Shown here: piece after piece, positions 59,931-64,000 of the stretch | Position numbering within the stretch: the stretch's first letter is position 1 | Layout: every line of letters starts with the position of its first letter | DNA from: Chthonomonas calidirosea | Lineage (GTDB): Bacteria; Armatimonadota; Fimbriimonadia; Fimbriimonadales; Fimbriimonadaceae | DNA length: 64,000 nt | Direction of reading: 5' to 3' | NCBI GenBank assembly: GCA_945859975.1 | Contig: CAMAPH010000004.1 | Span: 1-64,000, forward strand | The notes under the pieces: generated by a model | What the model was told of the DNA's origin: nothing | Databases searched by the model: none | Seen by the model: the letters and a program-made list of their open reading frames with translations, nothing else | Made by a program: the position numbers and the translations under genes

Positions 59931-61271
59931 ATGAGTACCGAAATCCTGGCAAGATTCCAATTTGCCTTCACATCCGCGTTCCATTACCTTTTCCCTCCCC
60001 TCAGCATCGGCCTTGGCCTGATCCTTGTGATCATGGAGGGGCTCTACCTAAAGACCGGTAAACCGATCTATCACCAGATGACCAAGTTCTGGGTGAACGT
60101 CTTCGCCGTCATCTTCAGCCTAGGCGTCGCCACCGGGATCGTTCTCGAGTTCGAATTTGGCACCAACTGGGCCACCTATTCCCGCTACGTGGGCGACATC
60201 TTTGGCAGCGCCCTTGCCGCAGAAGGCATCTTTGCCTTCTTTCTTGAATCTGGTTTCCTTGCCGTGCTCGTGTTCGGCTGGGATCGAGTCAGCCCGAAAG
60301 TGCACTTCCTGAGCACCTGCATGGTCGCGCTCGGCAGCACCTTCAGCGCCGTTTGGATCATCGTCGCGAACTCGTGGATGCAAACTCCCGCGGGCTACAA
60401 GATCGTTGGTGAGGGCAGAACCACCCGGGCCGAAATCACCGATTTCTGGGCGATGGTTTTCAACCCAAGCGCAATGGACCGCCTTTCACACACCGTGAGC
60501 GCGGCATGGATCACCGGGGCATTCCTTGTCATCAGCGTCAGCGCCTACTACCTTCGCAAGAATCGACACGTTGACTTCGCAAAAGCCAGCATGAAAATCG
60601 GTCTGACCGTTGCGGTCATGGCCAGTTTGCTGCAGCTTTTCACCGGACATAGAAGCGCAGACGGAGTCTCGGTCAACCAGCCAGCAAAGCTCGCCGCTTT
60701 TGAGGGTCACTATGACTCAAGCAAGCCGATGGACGGCTATCTGGCAGGCTACGTTGACGAATCGACCCAGTCGGTAAAAGGCGTGCGAATCCCGGTAGAC
60801 GGCTTCACAAGTTGGCTGCTTTACAAGGACGCGTCTCGACCCGTCACCGGACTCGACAAGTTCCCGAAAGAAGACCGACCGCCGGTTCAAGTGGTGTTCC
60901 AAACGTATCACTTGATGGTCGGCATCGGATTCACGCTCATTGGTCTCTCGATCCTCGCCGCCTTCATGGCATGGCGGAACATCCTTTGGGAGAACAAGCT
61001 CGTCTTGACCGTGCTCAGTTGGTCCGTGCTGTTGCCGCAACTTGCTAACCAAGCCGGGTGGGTTTCGGCAGAAATGGGTCGCCAGCCGTGGGTTGTTTAC
61101 AACATTCTGCGCACGAAGGACGGCCTTTCGAAGGTCGTGAAAGCCGAGCAGATTCTGGCCAGCATCATCATTTTTGGTGCCATCTACGCGCTCCTCTTCT
61201 TCCTCTTCATCTATCTTCTGAACAAGAAGATCAAGACTGGGCCAGCCGTAACGGCGGAGGTGCCAGCATGA
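59931..61271 (+). CDS. cydA: Cytochrome bd ubiquinol oxidase subunit I (short Q-loop type)
   Basis: [49 protein letters not shown]. Confidence 0.97.
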   Translation: MSTEILARFQFAFTSAFHYLFPPLSIGLGLILVIMEGLYLKTGKPIYHQMTKFWVNVFAVIFSLGVATGIVLEFEFGTNWATYSRYVGDIFGSALAAEGIFAFFLESGFLAVLVFGWDRVSPKVHFLSTCMVALGSTFSAVWIIVANSWMQTPAGYKIVGEGRTTRAEITDFWAMVFNPSAMDRLSHTVSAAWITGAFLVISVSAYYLRKNRHVDFAKASMKIGLTVAVMASLLQLFTGHRSADGVSVNQPAKLAAFEGHYDSSKPMDGYLAGYVDESTQSVKGVRIPVDGFTSWLLYKDASRPVTGLDKFPKEDRPPVQVVFQTYHLMVGIGFTLIGLSILAAFMAWRNILWENKLVLTVLSWSVLLPQLANQAGWVSAEMGRQPWVVYNILRTKDGLSKVVKAEQILASIIIFGAIYALLFFLFIYLLNKKIKTGPAVTAEVPA

Positions 61272-62296
61272 ATCCGTTCAACTACTTGCCGGAAATCTGG
61301 TTCTTCCTTGTTGGTGTCCTCTTGCTTGGATACGCGATTCTGGATGGCTTCGATCTGGGCGTCGGAGCATGGCTTCTCCGAGCAAAAGGCGATACCGACC
61401 GCCGAATGCTTCTCAACGCGATCGGCCCCGTTTGGGATGGCAACGAAGTCTGGCTTGTCGTCGGCGGAGGTGCGCTGTTTGCCGCTTTCCCAAACGTCTA
61501 TGCCACCGTATTCAGCGGCTTCTACTTGCCGTTCATTCTGCTGCTCGTCGGCCTCATCTTCCGCGCGGTTGCGATCGAGTTCCGCAGCAAAGAGGAAGGC
61601 ACTCGCTGGCGATCCTTTTGGGATGCGAGCTTCTCAATTGCTTCCATCCTGATTGCCGTGCTGAGCGGAGTCGCGCTCGGGAACATCGCCCTCGGCGTCC
61701 CGATTGGTAGCGACGGCGAATACGCTGGCGGGTTCTTTAACCTGCTGAATCCCTACGCGCTGATCACGGGAGTCACCGCCCTGGCGCTATTCATGATGCA
61801 CGGAAGCATCTATCTCGTCCTCAAGACAGAGGGCGAGCTACAGGAAACAGCTCGCGGTTGGGTGAAGAACGGCATGATCTTCTTTATCGTGATGTACGGC
61901 ATCTTGACCATGGCGACCCTCATCTTTGCGCCTCACATGGCATCGAAGATTCAGAGTAATCCATGGTTCATCTTCCTTCCGATCGTGACGATGCTATTCG
62001 TCGCCAACGTGCCGCGCGAGATCTCTCGTGGCAAGGAGATGAATGCGTTCCTTTCGAGTTGCGGCGTCATTGGCTCGCTGCTCGCACTGTTTGGACTGGG
62101 GCTGTTCCCGAACCTTGTGCTCTCGAGCCCAACCGCGGCGAACAGTCTCACCATCTATAACTCATCGTCAAGCCAGGCCTCGCTGACCACGATGTTCTAC
62201 ATCACACTCCTCGGATTTCCCTTTGTAGTGGCTTACACATTTGCCATATATTGGGTTTTCCGCGGGAAAGTCCAGTCGCACTCGTTGCACTACTAA
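61268..62296 (+). CDS. cydB: Cytochrome bd ubiquinol oxidase subunit II
   Basis: LDGFDLGVG, IGPVWDGNEVWL, FAAFP, FRAVAIEFR; ATGA overlap with cydA. Confidence 0.96.
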   Translation: MNPFNYLPEIWFFLVGVLLLGYAILDGFDLGVGAWLLRAKGDTDRRMLLNAIGPVWDGNEVWLVVGGGALFAAFPNVYATVFSGFYLPFILLLVGLIFRAVAIEFRSKEEGTRWRSFWDASFSIASILIAVLSGVALGNIALGVPIGSDGEYAGGFFNLLNPYALITGVTALALFMMHGSIYLVLKTEGELQETARGWVKNGMIFFIVMYGILTMATLIFAPHMASKIQSNPWFIFLPIVTMLFVANVPREISRGKEMNAFLSSCGVIGSLLALFGLGLFPNLVLSSPTAANSLTIYNSSSSQASLTTMFYITLLGFPFVVAYTFAIYWVFRGKVQSHSLHY

Positions 62297-62303
62297 GCCG
62301 TTT

Positions 62304-62340
62304 TTGGATTGGCCGGTCCCGGATGGACCGGCCAGTCCAA
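62304..62340. terminator. Hairpin after cydB
   Basis: TTGGATTGGCCGGTCC-cggat-GGACCGGCCAGTCCAA. Confidence 0.65.
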
Positions 62341-62356
62341 ACGCTAAGCTAGAACG

Positions 62357-63022
62357 GTGACGCGCTACGATCGTTCGTCCATCAAACTCGCGGTCGGGCT
62401 TGCCGCGCTGGCGGGCTACGTGGACGCATCTGGATTTCTCGCAACGGGCGGACTGTTCGTTTCGTTTATGAGCGGAAACTCGACCCGATTCGCGGTTCAG
62501 CTTTCCGAAGGCAAATTCGAACTTGCGGGCCTAACGCTGGGAGTCCTTGGGCTGTTTGTGACGGGCGTGGTGCTGGGGTCTGTCATTTCTCGCGTGAGCG
62601 CGGCTCGCCGGAAGGCCGCCGTTCTGTTCTTTGTCGGAACCTGCCTCAGCATCGCCGCCGTGTTGTACGGACTCGGACAGCAGCGTGCAAGTACCGCCTT
62701 CCTAATCCTTGCCATGGGCGCAGAAAACACGGTGTTTCAACGCGACGGCGAAGTCACCATCGGTCTCACTTACATGACCGGCACCCTCGTGAAGCTCGGC
62801 CAACAGATCGCCGGCATGTTCTTCGGCGGCCCGCGCGATGGTTGGCTCCGATATGCCCTGAGCTGGGGCGGGCTGGTTACGGGGGCGGTGCTGGGCGCGC
62901 TTGGCCACGCCAAGTTTGAGCAGTACAGCCTCTGGCCAGCGGCGGTGGCTGCGTTCGCTTTTATGTTTGTTGCCAATAGACTACAGTCCGCTGAACCTGA
63001 GCCCGCACGACCTAACGATTAG
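62357..63022 (+). CDS. YoaK/DUF1275 family membrane protein
   Basis: AGYVDA.GF..FVSFMSGNST, AMGAEN, TYMTGTL. Confidence 0.9.
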   Translation: MTRYDRSSIKLAVGLAALAGYVDASGFLATGGLFVSFMSGNSTRFAVQLSEGKFELAGLTLGVLGLFVTGVVLGSVISRVSAARRKAAVLFFVGTCLSIAAVLYGLGQQRASTAFLILAMGAENTVFQRDGEVTIGLTYMTGTLVKLGQQIAGMFFGGPRDGWLRYALSWGGLVTGAVLGALGHAKFEQYSLWPAAVAAFAFMFVANRLQSAEPEPARPND

Positions 63023-63047
63023 GCTTGAAAGTCGGTATTACTAATCA

Positions 63048-63341
63048 GTGGTCAGCTCTGCGCTCGCACGGTTCAAGTTCATCGGAATGCTCGAAGGCGC
63101 GTCGTTCCTCATCCTTCTTCTCATCGGAATGCCGCTGAAATACATCGCAAAGATGCCGGAGGCGGTTTACATCACGGGAAGTCTGCACGGCTTCTTGTTC
63201 GTGGTGTACATCATCGCCCTTTTGCTCGCCTGGAACAAAGAAAAGTGGCCGTTCAAAACCGCCTTCTTCGCCGGAGTCGCTTCCGTGCTCCCGCTCGGCC
63301 CGTTCGTTTTCGACCGCTGGCTAGAAAAGCAAAAGGCCTAG
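63048..63341 (+). CDS. DUF3817 family membrane protein
   Basis: EGASFLILL.IGMPLKY, G.LHG.LF..Y, PLGPF. Confidence 0.85.
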   Translation: MVSSALARFKFIGMLEGASFLILLLIGMPLKYIAKMPEAVYITGSLHGFLFVVYIIALLLAWNKEKWPFKTAFFAGVASVLPLGPFVFDRWLEKQKA

Positions 63342-64000
63342 CTCTTCAGAATCTGGACTTCAATCTTTCGGAACTGAACTGGGTGGCTCTCGGACTGAAG
63401 GCTGATCGTGCCTTCCGGAATAAGAAGCTGACCGTCTCGGATCAGCTTCTTGCCATCGGCATCTTTCGGATCAAGCTGCGGCTTCGAATATCGCATCACT
63501 TCTTCGCCGTTGATGCGATGGATGATCTCGCCCTTGCCGTGAACCTCCACCTCGGCGGTCACCCACTGTTCGCCCGGGAAAGTCTTGGAAGTTGACTCCG
63601 TACAATGTTGCGTGTGCAGCTTGCCCTTGTATTCCACATTAGTGCCGGGCGTGCAAAGGTTAGCCGTAGATCGAGTCTGGCCGGCATCGGCACCCAGAAA
63701 CTGGACTTCGATCGAAACCGGGAAGTCCTGATCGAGTCCGATCGTTTCCGGTCGCTGACCGTGGATCATAAAGCCCGAATTCTTGTATGCCCACCCCGGA
63801 CCGCCCTTGCACTGCTCGCCAATGAACCGGTACTCCGCCCGAATCTTATAGCTGCCGTACGGCACTTTGTAATACAAATGCCCATACCGCTCGTTGAAGT
63901 TATCGTACTTTTCGTAGCCAACCGTGATCGCGCCGTCTTGGACCCGGAAGGTGTTGCCGAAGTTGTCACCCAGCTTATAGCCCTTGATCTTCGGCGTCCA
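63338..64000 (-). CDS. DUF1080 (3-keto-disaccharide hydrolase/hydratase) domain protein, 5' end outside window
   Basis: EYRF.GEQ..GGP.WAY.NSG.M.H, FP.SIEVQ, ISLQSESHPVQFRKIE; reading frame continues to window edge. Confidence 0.85.
   Translation of the reverse strand, partial: WTPKIKGYKLGDNFGNTFRVQDGAITVGYEKYDNFNERYGHLYYKVPYGSYKIRAEYRFIGEQCKGGPGWAYKNSGFMIHGQRPETIGLDQDFPVSIEVQFLGADAGQTRSTANLCTPGTNVEYKGKLHTQHCTESTSKTFPGEQWVTAEVEVHGKGEIIHRINGEEVMRYSKPQLDPKDADGKKLIRDGQLLIPEGTISLQSESHPVQFRKIEVQILKS

Noticed and set aside
1..64000. CRISPR array, rRNA, integrase or transposase
   Set aside because: No regularly spaced repeat array and no ORF with recombinase, DDE or HUH motifs was seen

Overview
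A gene-dense, moderately GC-rich bacterial chromosomal segment, mostly housekeeping and envelope or carbohydrate genes. Recognisable genes: gatB (partial), ogt, speD, nhaA, deoC, sufB, lepA, rnc, hisC, galT, phoA, cydAB, tRNA-Asn(GTT) and tRNA-Val(GAC). It also holds two toxin-antitoxin pairs (VapBC and HEPN-MNT), a DUF1553/DUF1501 pair, a PEP-CTERM protein and several Tat-exported enzymes. The gene content suggests Armatimonadota (Fimbriimonas-like); this is an inference, not a search result. No CRISPR array, rRNA, integrase or transposase was seen. The main signals not explained by gene calls are: (1) an elaborate ~220-nt structured leader with several candidate uORFs in front of a monocistronic SpeD homologue that has an 85-aa signal-like/polyproline N-terminal extension; (2) a near-identical 18-bp Pho-box-like direct repeat in front of both the alkaline phosphatase and the uncharacterised DUF1553/DUF1501 operon; (3) pervasive leaderless-type promoters (TANNNT-N5-7-start); (4) a REP-bracketed 1.6-kb HEPN-MNT module with nested direct repeats; (5) a beta-clamp-binding-like motif on Ogt; (6) an in-frame TAG inside an apparent lipoprotein signal peptide; (7) a 10-aa leader peptide before an AAA ATPase. 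All product calls come from motif recognition by eye; no database searches were run.
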